Shown here: positions 33,930 to 47,400 of the stretch, piece after piece
Numbering within the stretch: position 1 is the stretch's first letter
Layout: each line of letters begins with the position of its first letter
Source: Leidyana gryllorum EB-2025a
Lineage: Eukaryota; Protista; Apicomplexa
Assembly: GCA_048772705.1 (NCBI GenBank)
Contig: JBLWGC010000173.1
Span: forward strand, 231,371-295,370
Length of the DNA stretch: 64,000 nt
Direction of reading: 5' to 3'
The notes under the pieces: model-generated
What the model was told of the DNA's origin: nothing
The model's database searches: none
What the model saw: the letters and a program-made list of their open reading frames with translations, nothing else
Program-made: the position numbers and the translations under genes

Positions 33930-35933
33930 ATGCCCAAGCACACCCCCCCTACGGCACCTGAGCCCGTACCCCAATTAGACCTTTACAAGCCATTACCCAT
34001 AGTCACGTCCTTAAAAGACTTGGAGCGCTTCCTGGTAACGAAATGCAAGCATAGTTCCTTGTTCCAACGCGCAGTAGACTAGTCTGGGGGTTACCGCACT
34101 TGCCAGAGAGCACGCTATTGCGTGGTTCAAGCAGAGACATCAAGCCGATAAACACGCTGCTAAGCTTGCCACAGCTGCCGCACCCGTTAAAGCATCCCAA
34201 CAAACAAAACCAAGAACAATCATCACACCTGGGTGTGACAAGGTGCCACTCGAACAGCTGTACACTCGGCCGCCATATCGATACACGGAGCATTATGTCA
34301 AGTCTTGCATTCATCGTGGATAGTGAGTTTCTCTTGACGAGTCGTGTAATGAACATCAAATCCTCAGTACACAACAGCTCGAGCTCAGCCGTGGGGACTA
34401 CGTCGGGTATGATATCATGATGGAAGATATTGTCTTCCTCCAACGGTTGGCGCTGGATCTGCGACTGACCACCTCGGCTACAGCAGAGCCTCCATTGACC
34501 CTTGAGGAGAATTTCATCCGACTTATAGATCAGTTTGAGAACAACACAGCACTGGGCCCACCCATAGCCTATGACATAGGTGAGAGAATTGATAAATCTT
34601 TGTGCCTACATCTCCCGTATCTATAGCGCTTGGCATCGCCCAATCCCTGCCTGCGATATCTCAGCAACTCACCGCTCGTGGTATTCGAGCTATATATGAT
34701 GTAAGGAATGGGCCAATAACATGTCGCTCTATGCTGAATTCTGATCTGTAGCATTGGGTAGAGCGCCGCAACGAGCTGCAGAAGCCTTTGCTACGCAAGT
34801 TTTGGACGGGGTCGCCTCCAAATCAACCAACCAATCTCAATGTGTTCCAAACGAGACTGCCCAATCGGGAGCGTATGGCTTTGCGACGGCCACGTAGATC
34901 TCTGCAAGACGCTTCTAGGCGATTTGACGCGGTGCTGAATGACCTAAAGAAGGTGGAAAAGATCATCAAGCAGATGGTGCGCCGCGATCGCCAGAAAATG
35001 CTATTGGCTGAACTTAACAGCTGTATATTTGAACAAGTGAGGATGCTCATTTCGTTGACTTTGTGCCGAACCATTCCGGCTTGTTCAGATGCGTCGAGAG
35101 CTACAAGATTCCACATACGTCAATCCTTATTGGCTTTATCTCAAACGCAACAAGTTCAGCAAGATTTTGGACAGAGCAGGCCCTGTAGAGTAAGTCTATA
35201 TACTATCGCGTCCTCATCCACTCATTCGTCCAGATGGACCGAGCAAGTGAGTAGCGACGATAATCAGTCGGTCACGACAGCTGGTCTGGGGAAGAACTTG
35301 CCATTGGCAAGTCTGGCTGTAGCGCCCGAGTCTGTAGAAACATTATTAAGGTTCCGAAGAGGTAAGATTATGGGTGTAGAACGTGTGTGCAAATGTCCGA
35401 CAGACGCACAATCTGTAATGTGGATGGATCGACTGCCAGCATACGGCACAGCATCTGATTACGACGTTATAGTTGGACCAGTCGCCGAATCAGCCCCAAG
35501 CAATAAACGCACTGCCGAGGGCACACAACGGAGTGAGATTGTCCCTTTCAACACCTATGTAAAGCACTTCGCTCCTGCTGGGGCGGTGGAGTACGCTCCT
35601 CCAATGGCCAGTCTGCCAAGCATGATTGGGGCAGGTGAGAGGTCACTATTGACGACAATTATGAGCGATCAAAAATCACATAGGCTACGGTGTTTGGGGG
35701 ACAGTCCTCCACACGATGCGGCAGTGTCGCTTGATGCAGACCATGGTCGGTCTGTCGGGTCCATTGCCAGCGAAGGGTGGAGGCCGGTCGAACTTTTCAG
35801 TCAGGGGACGACGGGACGAACCATCTGGTGGTGCGCGTCGGTCTTGACGAAAGCGGGGTGCGAAAATCTGTCAAGGTTGAGCAAGCCCGTGGTGGGGTCT
35901 ACCGGCGCAGGGTCAGAACGTAACGGAACATAG
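33930..35933 (+). CDS. Enhancer of polycomb (EPC/Epl1)-like NuA4 subunit, multi-exon; start approximate
   Basis: LDLYKPLPIV, YDIMMEDIVFL, FIRLIDQFE, spliced AIYD|HWVERR…PLLRKFW, and VFQTR…LRRPRR…DL…IIKQMVRRDRQK follow the EPcA domain order. Confidence 0.8.
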
Positions 35934-36232
35934 TAGCCAACGACTTTGTACTTGGAACCAAACCGGACGAGCCACTGTGAGGCACTGGTAACCTCTTCTT
36001 CGGTCAGCTGGTCTAGCTCGACCAGTTGACTTGCCAATGAGAGGTCCATTCTAGCAAGCGCGAGAGTTGCTTCCTGGCCAGCAAGACAGGAGTAGGGCGC
36101 GCCTTGTCCATAGAAACTTGGTCCGGTTGGGTGAGAACTGACGTTGAAGACAACTCCGTACAAACTCACGTATATTGACTCCTTGCTGCTCGGACTGTGG
36201 GCTACGAGTACAGCTTCAGTGATGGGCTCCAT
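35801..36232 (-). CDS. Cytochrome b5-like heme/steroid-binding (MAPR/PGRMC/Dap1) protein
   Basis: Motifs IYVSLYGVVFNVS, FYGQGAPYSCLAGQEAT, W…F.SKYKVVG. Confidence 0.9.
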   Translation of the reverse strand: MEPITEAVLVAHSPSSKESIYVSLYGVVFNVSSHPTGPSFYGQGAPYSCLAGQEATLALARMDLSLASQLVELDQLTEEEVTSASQWLVRFGSKYKVVGYYVPLRSDPAPVDPTTGLLNLDRFSHPAFVKTDAHHQMVRPVVP

Positions 36233-36287
36233 GGTGTTTAGTGAGGAGTTTTTAAGCTTGAGTCAGTGAGCAAGAAAGAGAAGATAG

Positions 36288-37364
<1,077 letters not shown>

Positions 37365-37405
37365 GAAAACAATATTCACTCTCCTCAAATGCACACACAG
37401 ATAGC

Positions 37406-40400
37406 TCAAATTCCTAAAAGAGTTCGTTGAGCATCCTCGATGTCACTGCGCAGTCCGGTGACAGCCGAGTTCAGTTGATCAACAGACTCCATCATACTCT
37501 TAAGACCTTCCTGGAGCTTGGTGAGATTTGTTTGGGTTTCAGCGTGCAGGGAACGATGAATTGCCTCCCGTTCCCGAACACTTCCCAGAACACCCTCAAA
37601 CACGGTTATGATTTCCTTGACCGCCTCTGGATAGCCGGACAGAGAACTTTTGACCACATTGAGCGTTTCCTCCATCTGGAAGCAGTGATTACAGCGAGCA
37701 GATCGTCTGTCGTCTTACCGATCGTCGTTGAAGCTTCTCTGACCGAGCTGCCGCTTGGCCATCAATCTGAAAATCAATGTTTGTGAACTTTGTCCTGAGG
37801 CCCTTGTCGCTCACTGTCGACTGGAGAACAGCGTCGAAATATGTCCTCGCCACCGCCAGATTGCTTCCTGTAGCCGCACTCGAATTATTTTTGGCCGCCA
37901 GTGCCTCAGGTAAGCTCTCCATTGTTGTTCCAAGCACGCCAGTACTCGTTTGAGGAGGTGAAGGCTTCCCGAGGGTGGCTGGTGAATCACAAATATCATC
38001 TTGATCTGAACCCCCATCTTCGGTCTCACCTCCTCTTGATGCAGCGGTGTCCACGCCACCACCTCCTACTTTTTCCACAGCAGTGGAGTTCGCACTATGT
38101 TGTGCAGCCGTATCGTCATTGGCTCCAAGGACCTGCATTCCTTCTCGCTCAATTCGGGCACCGCTCTCCTCCGTGAACATCCAAGTCCTTCCACTGTTCT
38201 CATGACCCACTGCTGGTGGGGGGGGTGGTGGGACACCACCTCCCAGCACAGTTGTTGTTGCTTGATCTGTCATCCTGTTGTTATTGTTGTCAAGAACGCC
38301 GGCTTGACCTCCATAAGTGGCGGGCTCGCCATAGGCGCCTCCTCCATAACCTCCTAGAATTGCAGGTTCATAAGTGTCAACATCGGATCCAGGCACTCGA
38401 CCTCCATTCGTCTCCTCGGCTCCCAGCACAATGCTTCCGCTTCCATACGTCGCGCCGGTGACCTCCTCCACAGGCTCGCCTCCTTGCTGCTGTGGGTGTG
38501 TTGCGTGGTGTAGTTTGCCATCGCCATACGCGCCCTCGACACCGTACGACGGTGGAGGCAGCTCCTCCCCTGATTCATCATCAGCAGCTGTCAAGTCAAA
38601 CTCCCCCACTATCATACCTTCTCCACCTCCTCCATAAGGTGGCATACTCTGTGGCTGTCCACCCTGAGAATTGTTCCAGTAGGAGGACGTTGCCTGATGG
38701 TCATAAGCACCTGGATGGGCGCCATCTGCACCTTGACCACCCCGAGGCCCGTCATATTGGTTCTGATCTCCTCCATATGTCATCGGTTGCTCACTACCTG
38801 GACCACCTCCATACCCACCATAGTGAGGGGTGCCATCTCCGACACTGATGGGATAGTGTTGCTGCTGCGGCTGTTGTTGTGCCTCGTCAGACACTCCCAC
38901 GATTGCACTGCTGCCGTAGCCTGGCTCACCACCGGTGACCTCACCACCATACCCATTCAGAGGCTGACTCCCATATGTACCTTCCATCACCTGGTTATCA
39001 CCTCCCCGTCCATAGTCGTATGGGGCATCGGACTGTCCATAACCACCCATCTCTTGTCCGTAGGGTGGATCCTGTGAGCCAAGAGGCTGTTCCTGACCAT
39101 AAGCAGGATGCGAGTCCGGTTGGCCATAAGCCTCGTGCTGCCCATAAGCATCTTGCTGCTGCCCATATCCATCTTGCTGCTGTCCGTAAGCATCTTGCTG
39201 CTGTTGCCCAGCACCTTCCCGGGGTTGACCATACATCGAGGTAGGCGGCTCCTGTCCGTAGCCAGATTGTGGGTCTTGACCATAAGCCGGAGGTGGTTGC
39301 TGATGTTGATCCTGGCCGTATGCCATCTGGTCATGAGCACCATATGCCTCCTGATTGTAAGCCTCTTGTTGTCCATCAGGCATACCGCTGCCATATTGGT
39401 CGTGACCATAATTCGGCTGCTGGTCCTGAGGGGCAGCACCACCATATCCGAGCTGCTGCTGCTGCTCGTAGCCACCGACATGATCATGGCCATGGCCGTA
39501 GTTGTGCTGTTCATTACTGTTATAGACGTGACTGATCTCATTAGGTCGGGCCGACCCCAGCCCCTCACCGCGTCCGGACTTATCGAACCCCTCTAGTCCA
39601 GGCACCAAGTTTTGTTGCGGGTCGGGGATTGTGAAAGGGTCCTGATCTGGTGGAGAAACTGGCGGTTCCTCATCTCCCAGCACGAAAGGTCCTGGAACTG
39701 CTTGACGAGTTGCCGAGGGTTGATGAGTTGGTAAAGTAAACTCCATGTGATCTCCCTGGCCTGCCGCGGAAGAAGTCTCTCCGGGCGTCCAAGCTGGTGC
39801 CTCACCACCCATGCGTGACTGCCAAGGCATTTGAGGCGCTACGGCTTGTTGATGATCCCAATACGGATTTGAGCCGGCGACTGCCGGTTGCTCGACCGCG
39901 GGAGTACTTCGAGGTGCAGGACCCAAAGTGGGAACAGCGTCCAGTCTTGTCGGGCGTGGTGAAGGAGCGCCCGAATCGCCTCCAGCAGGCTGCACTCCCG
40001 CGGACGGCAGGGGAGGTGCGTTAGACGGAGTATTAGCCGCTATCAGGGAGCTCTCAGGTGGAACCAATAAGCCCAGATTGATCATCCCTTCAGCGACAGA
40101 GAGCAGGAAGGCCGTATTCTCACGAGGATATTCGTTAACGTGTTTCACGAGGTCTTGATTTGATGGATTCTGAGGAAGGAGAGTGAATCTGAGGGATCTG
40201 CGACGAGGGTGACGATCCTACCGTAGTCCACGTCCGCAAATGAGCTATTCGTTGTCGATAGATGCGTGGCTGCTTGTCATTAGCCTTCCAAATCGCTGAT
40301 GAAGAATTTGTGCTGCAAGAAAACGAGGCCTTCAACTTACCATCTTCAGCCACATCGATTGCGACGGGGTTTAAGCCATCGACCACAACCAGCTGCTTCT

Positions 40401-40431
40401 TTGAAAGTTCGCGAGTTCGAGCTGTGGCCAT
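37406..40431 (-). CDS. Hypothetical protein with a long Gln/Gly/Tyr-rich region and a C-terminal coiled coil, multi-exon
   Basis: ORFs 40135-40431, 37689-40148 and 37406-37675 are joinable by short introns. Many YG(Q/G) motifs and a heptad-like C-terminus. Confidence 0.75.
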
Positions 40432-40455
40432 CCCCCTTGGATTTTTTTTCCGCTG

Positions 40456-41419
40456 CTACAAATACAAATCGTGGCATCGCTTCATCTGGAAGGTTATCTG
40501 AGGGCACCAGGTACAGCCCACATACTGCTCTGCATCAGCCGCAGCGACGCAAACTGCACATATCACGTGGCCGCAGGGAGCGAAACGAGGCCGCTGGTAA
40601 CAACCAGGCGTACCATCAGGATCCTGTGGTCGATGGACTGGTCTGTGACATGCCAGGCACTCAATTAACGTCCAAATGCTCCCTACGTCCTTTGTATATT
40701 TTCGCCAATCTTGCGCACACCCTTTCATTGCATCGTCTGTCACCACCGGTATGCCGAAGGTAGCCGGCCGGAGGGGCAACTGCGGGGCTTCTTCGGCTTC
40801 GCGGCCCTCTAATGCCTGACACTTCCACAACCGAAAAGCAACTGGTACACTAGCGACACGATCAGGCGCCTTCCCTCGTACGACACAAGGGATGGGTTTG
40901 GGCGCAGATCGCTTGGGGGTGGGTTCTTTTGGAACTTCGGAGACTGCTTTTGGGGTGTCATTCGGATCACTATGGATCTCGATCAAGTCTGACGACACTC
41001 GGAGTGGTCGAGTCGTTTTGTATACTGCTTTAGGTGCCAAGTCAATGAAGCAGTCCAGCACGGCATCTCTAGGTGCATCAGGTGCCAACAAGCTTTTAGC
41101 CTGGCGTATTTTCAATAGAAGTGTGCGCCACCAGTGATACAGTACCCATTCCTCCGAGTCGACTGACCGTCGCTCTACCTTTTGAGAACCCGATTAGCGG
41201 AGAGAATCCACCACTTACATCCATTAATATAACATCGTCATCACTGTCACAGCTCTCGCTATTGTCGCCAATATCGACCACGAAAGATGCGCTGCCCGCC
41301 GAATCCACACCCGCTGGGGATGAGCGACTATTTCGCCGCTTCGGCTGCGCTCTCAACCTGCCCGCTCGGCCTCCTTCCTCTGCCAGATAACGTTTGCTCA
41401 TCGAACCAAATTTTTTCAT
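40456..41419 (-). CDS. C-terminal RING-HC protein with SIM-like motifs (RNF4/Slx8-like)
   Basis: CLAC…PCGHVICAVC…CTWC…LYL*. Hydrophobic/acidic motifs FVVDI, DDDVILMD, CFIDL and DLIEI lie upstream. Two exons; the start may be ATG 41401. Confidence 0.75.
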
Positions 41420-41425
41420 GGCCTC

Positions 41426-44400
41426 ATGGCGGAGTTGGAGGCTATCGATTCTTTACTGAGTTGGACTGATGCAGTTGCGAGGAAGAGGGAGCGTGTGTTT
41501 CCACTAATACTGAGGCTACCACAGCCCGCATCATTGGTAGGGACTCCTGAATGGCTCCCCTCGGGCGATGATGTGGACGAGATTCGATTTCTGAATGAGC
41601 GAAGACGGGATCTGGTGCATGCCATCTGGGACTTCGTCAAGCGCACCGGCGAAGGACGGTACGCTGTCAATGACGAAAATCAAGTGGTGTCACAGCTATC
41701 GAAGAGAGTATTCGAAACGAATCGAGATGATGGCCACTTACAGCGCCACTTTGTTCAGTTATTGATGGTTGTTGTCCTGGCTCACTCGGGCTTGGCGGAC
41801 TGGTTATTGGATGACGTCCTCTTCCTGGTTTCAGGGGTGTTATACCTGCAGGCTAAAGCATACAAGGACACAGCAAGGGTCAAGACACCAGAGGCGTGTC
41901 GTATGTACTATCTGTGGGGAGACCAGGTGGCAGAGATCTTCAATGAGAGTCTGCGCAGTGTGTTACTTCTCATGCATACGCTCGTGAGCGAGAAGGATTT
42001 GGACTGGTCCGTCTTCTTGGTGGAACACGATGAAGTGAAATCCGAAACCGGGCCAGACCTCCTGACCAGCCGACTGAAACGGATGTTAGAGCGATTAATC
42101 ACCCGGTTGTCAGCGTGGCCGAGTCCGTTATTGGATCCCAAGTACTCTGTATTAGGGTTCTGGGGCCACATGGACAAAGGATCGTGGAGTAAACGTCGGT
42201 GGTGCGACAGCTTCAATCAAGGAGACCTGCGTGAATTACGACAGCGAAGTACAGCAATCCGGGACAGTTTGGGAGACGTGTGCTTGGGCTGGATCTCTCT
42301 GGCTCACCTCACTGCTTCGGCTGATAATCAGCTTTTCGACAAGTACCGCCCTGCTCTATCCCTCCCATCAAAAGCTTCGTTGAGTTGCGAAGCGCCTGCG
42401 GATTCTGTTTTTCCGTTTCCGCAGTTACATCGCTCTAGTATTCGTGCAAGGACAAAGGCTAGTTTCACCCTGCCAAATGCCCCTCTGCTAAGGCAGAATG
42501 CATATGGATGGGGACAATATATGACTGCTCTTGGATATTTCGTGTTTTCAACGGCTCCGTTGACAGCCAAGGAGAAGTTGGACGACATAGCAGGACGTGT
42601 GCTGCGAGGTGATCACATCGAACACGCGTCTGACTTTGAGAGTCGATTGCTGGATATGATGGTTCGTGGTGAACTGGATGCACGCCGTCTGGCCAAACAT
42701 AGTTTGCTGATGATTGCTGAGGCATTCTTCGGCAAGAAACGTGGTGGCAGTGCTGGTCCGGCCTTTGATCCCATATGCAGCAACGAGCGGGCGGAGAAGT
42801 TGAAGGCGAAGGGGACCGATGCCTCCTCTGCTGAGACCGGTGGTAGTTTGCAGAACAATAATGCGACGACTAGCAACACTTCGGGTCCTTCCGCGAGTGC
42901 TGCTAGTTTCGAAGGTCAATGTGTGACATACGTAAATCTCAGGGCCATGGTGGCTCTGGGATGGCTACTTGATTGGCTCAATAATCAATATCTCGGCGAA
43001 GTGAGCTGCTCTTCCTCCTGCCTACTTTACTTGACTGAAAATATTTCTGAGGCGCACTGGTTCACTCGACCCTCCTTGGCAGGCGCTGATGAGTATATTG
43101 GACACGCACGAACGTTGGAGTGGAGTCAAGGATACTGCCGCAGCCCCTTTATCGGTTGTATATGTCGGTGATCCGCGAAATACAGTCACTGTATCTGTCG
43201 ACTTCACTGAGCCTTTACTGTTGCTCAGTATGCAGGATGGCGGACCAACGAAGCCGACCATCGATGCAACAGCGCTGACCGCTGCGGAAGGGAAGGACGG
43301 GGTGCGACGACTCTTGGACCCCACTGACTTTCCATGTTCGCTCAACACCCGAGCACGACTTCCTGTCGGGCTGATGGGGGTTTCGGCCATGTTGGCAGTC
43401 ATGGGTGTGCTGGACCCGTTGGAAGTGTTTGAAGCTCTTCCCCCCACCCTACCTACATTACAGACTCTTGGAGCATTGATTGAATCTGCCCATGTCCGCG
43501 AAATTGATCCGATGAGCACAGCTTGCAAGCCAGACCCAGATTCCTGGACAACTCGAGTTCGATACGAGATGGATGTCTACTGGGCCTCGCTGGAGTTTGG
43601 GGATGTTACGGCAGTCGAGGAGCGATTGAGACACTTTGAGTCTCCCAAGACTCAATTTCTCGCCATTCTTGTTGCGATGAACCAGAAAACCATCGTTGAA
43701 CGAATGATTGATCGCTTCCAACAAGAGGCCCCGGACTTCCCCTACCAACGCATTGAGTCGGTCAAGAACGCCTTTGGACACGTTGTCTGGTGAGTTTAGG
43801 ATAGAAACGGATTTGATCTCTTCTATCTCTTCATGCAGCGACTGCCTGGGGTCGGATGTACTCGCAACGGTGCCTGAACCATATGTCTACTCTCTGTCAA
43901 TTGGAAGTAGAAACGCATCTGGATGGCCTCGACTTGACGAGCATCTGGCTTCTTTTGGCGACCAGGTCCGCTGTCTGTATGGCTTGAACCGTGACTGGAT
44001 CGATCTGCCATCTCTTGGATACCAAAAACTGATTCAGGTGAGGTGGAAGAGCCGCATGGCTGAACCCATGACCCACTAACTCTCTTCTCGTCTCCGCAGC
44101 TATTGGGTGAAACCATCCGTTTTGACAAAGACTTTGGACGAGCGACAGAAATCCATCCGCTGCTGGTGAGTTTTCTTTGAGCTGTTATTTCTCCAACTTC
44201 CGGCACGACAGCGGTACTTTATGAACGACATTCTTTTCCCGAGTCTGCTGCGTGCACCAATGACAACCGAGCCGCCGAGCCTCAGCGCCTGGAGCACTCA
44301 TCATGAGGCTCAGAAGGAAGAGAACATTGAGAATCAACAACCAGCGGTGGCCTTGGCGTCTCTGATCTGGGGTCTGATGAAGGACAGCGTGGGAGTCGAA

Positions 44401-47400
44401 CAAAGATACGAACTGTATGCGGACTTCTTCTTGCGGAAGCTACGAACTGTTCCATACGTAAGTGGTCTCGGCCTTCGTCAGCGGAGTGTATGTATCCACC
44501 ATCACAGCGACACTATTCCAATGAGGATCGGCGAGTTGTCTTCAAGGCCCTCAAAAAGGTCACAGCCCCGGAGAGTCCAGGAAGTGCTCCCCGAAACGGG
44601 GACTCGGTTCAACTGATCAATTATGTGTTTGGCAGCAAGAGCAAAAGAAAGGTCTGGGGACGAAATGAGCGGGTTACAAGCGGCACAATTTGTCGCTTTG
44701 CCGTTCACAATCCGTTCGAGGTGAGATCTGGTCGCACACCAAAAGCTTCACTCTGATCTCATTAGACATTCGACGTCATCTTATACAACGTTGAGCTGTT
44801 CGATCCCGTTGTGATTAAAGCATTTCTGGACTTTGTACGTTCTGTAACTCTCTTGGGAGCGGACATTTGTGTCTTCCTGGTGGTCGAAAGGTGCGCGCAC
44901 ACTGGTTGGGGACCAGAAAATGGATTACACCCATATTCTCCTTCCGCAGACAACAAAATCGTGAGCTGTTGAGCAACGGTAAATGGGATTTGAGCCAACC
45001 GAAACCGAAGAGATTGAGAAATGACTCGTTGTTCGTATCTCGGTTCGTGAGAAGGTGAGACACTCCACTTATTGCATTATTCATACTGCTACAGATTCCA
45101 CTGGGTGCATTTCAAAGTGTTGGTGGCTTCTGTTGCGGCTCGAATCGTCGCCGAAGTGTCCAAACCCGACTTTCCACAGTCGTTAGAAGGCCACTTTGGG
45201 GATTATGTATTCATCCAAGACCTTCTGGTATGGATGGGGAGTTGTCCACAGCTGGCCTTGTCCGAGATGAGCGAAGAACAGTGTCGAGCCCTGCCCGCCG
45301 GGCAGGCCCTGAGAGCCATGGTGCTGAGCAACGAAGATGTTCGGGAGGAGGAGCTGAAGCCGGGGGCCCGTCAATGTCGCACGAACCTTCGAGATGCCTT
45401 GATGACTCCGTCGATATTCAGGAGCATAGTTTTCGGACTGTGCAAGTTGGTGAGTTGATCGCTGGTGGTATCCGCCGTTTTCAAAAACAGATTTCTCATC
45501 AGAGTATGGGAATATCGCTGGAGTATTCTCCCCAGGGAACCAAACTCTCACCTCAAAGTCGGCTCAAAGTATACCAGGATCTGACGGATGACATTGATGG
45601 ATGTTTGACTCACATTCTGGAGTTCTTGTCGTTGAACAACAGTATGTTGACAATCTCGCCGTCAGCTCAAACAGAGACATTGGCTTCTCGCTCTTTGCGC
45701 TTACTGCCCCCCTCGACATGGCCTAATCTATTCCAGTATGCCCCACTGGCCTTCGCCTGCGCATTGATACGGTGGGCTGCCCCACCAGCCATATGCCATC
45801 GCTTCGTGACGGAGAGTGAGGAAAAGGAGATTGTCGCAGCCACCTGTGCGCAAACACCAGTCAAAACTACAGAAGGCGAACCGGTTTTGGTTTTCGGGAG
45901 CCGAGCAACTCGAGCCGATTGGAACACTTTTGTGGAGTCTTTCGTCGCCAAAGAGATGGTGGTCAGCAGTGTTCCGACCCCTGCGACTTTGAGAAGGGGG
46001 GCTGTCACGAGAGTCTCTGTGGACTGCTTCCTCACCTTTTGGCAACTCGCGCTCGGAGACATATGTCATCCGGCGAGCGTGTACGAGTACCAGATTGGCA
46101 AGATCCAGTCAGAAATCAAGAATGTCCAGTCGGAGGCCAAGAAGGTTGACTACAAAGTTTCAGAAATGCAGAAACGGAGCCAAGACTCCCAACTATTGAA
46201 TGAATTCCTGAGCAATGGACGAGAACTTGAGAGAAAGCGGCGAAAACTTGCCGAGATCAGTGACACTTTGACAAAGGAAGCTGAACAAAAATCCCTTGTT
46301 GTCACCAAAGTACAGCGAGCCGTGTCCTCAAGATGTCGTTTCTGGTTCAGACCCGGGCAAGAAGGACTCCCGAGTCCCCTGATGGAGACAACTGGTGTCA
46401 CTCTACTTAAACGAAATCCATCCAAAGACGAACCGAATACCGAAGAAATTAGCCGGGGAGACATCATCATGAAGGGGGACGATGGAGACACCAGCGAGCA
46501 CACACCCGCACACTCCTCAACTCCCGGAGATATGGGTATTGAAGAAGAGACGGGTGCACCACCACGAGCGACCAAAGAAGAAGAGAGTAGGAGCGACGTC
46601 GATCCTTCGGGATCCATGGCAGAAGATCCTGCTGTAACATCTCCGGTCCAGCAACCAGTACCGAGCGAAAATGACCCGACCGATCGACTTCGAGATATTG
46701 AAGCGCTCGAAGAATTCTTGTCTCGGATGGTGGCGCCTCGTTGTCTCCTGACTCCGAGTGACAGTATATATTGCTGTAAATTCTTGTCAATGTTACTACA
46801 AATGTCGACTCCGGCAGTCCGTTTCGTGGACCTGATGCTGCTAATTGCGATCATGTTCCCAACCCAGTTGATGGCCTGTACGGACCGGGAAGCGGACAAC
46901 TTGGGACTCTTCATCATGGAGTGTCTCAAAATCATCCAAAACCTCACCAGCCGAAACGAGCTCAATCGATGGGTCACAGGGGGCGCAAAGAAGGCAATGG
47001 AGCTGGGCGACTCCACTCTCACTCACACGGATATTAATCACTTATTACTCGTGGTCGAGAAGCATCTTTTGGATACACTGATCCTTCCCTCTCTTCAGAG
47101 CTTCAACACCGACAGTACGACTGAAGCGGGGACGAGTGGCTGGTTTGCTGTACGCCGCTGTCTCCGTTTCCTCAACCAGATCGCCAAATCCTTCCCGATC
47201 TCATCGGGTGCAGCCCAGATCATATCTACTGCTCTCAACGAAGTGTCCGAGAAAGCGAATGAGGACAAAACCGTATGGAGAGATATATTGGCTCTCACTA
47301 AGGCATTGGATCGTCGAATCACCGGATCGAAACGACTCAACTTGGTTCCCGGTGTCACCATTTCCGGCATCGCGGCGAGTGGGAATGCACACAGCGTCTC

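Noticed and set aside
33545-34443. Minus-strand Cys-rich ORFs as a zinc-finger gene
   Set aside because: They lack ATG starts and are largely antisense to the better-supported Enhancer-of-polycomb exons.
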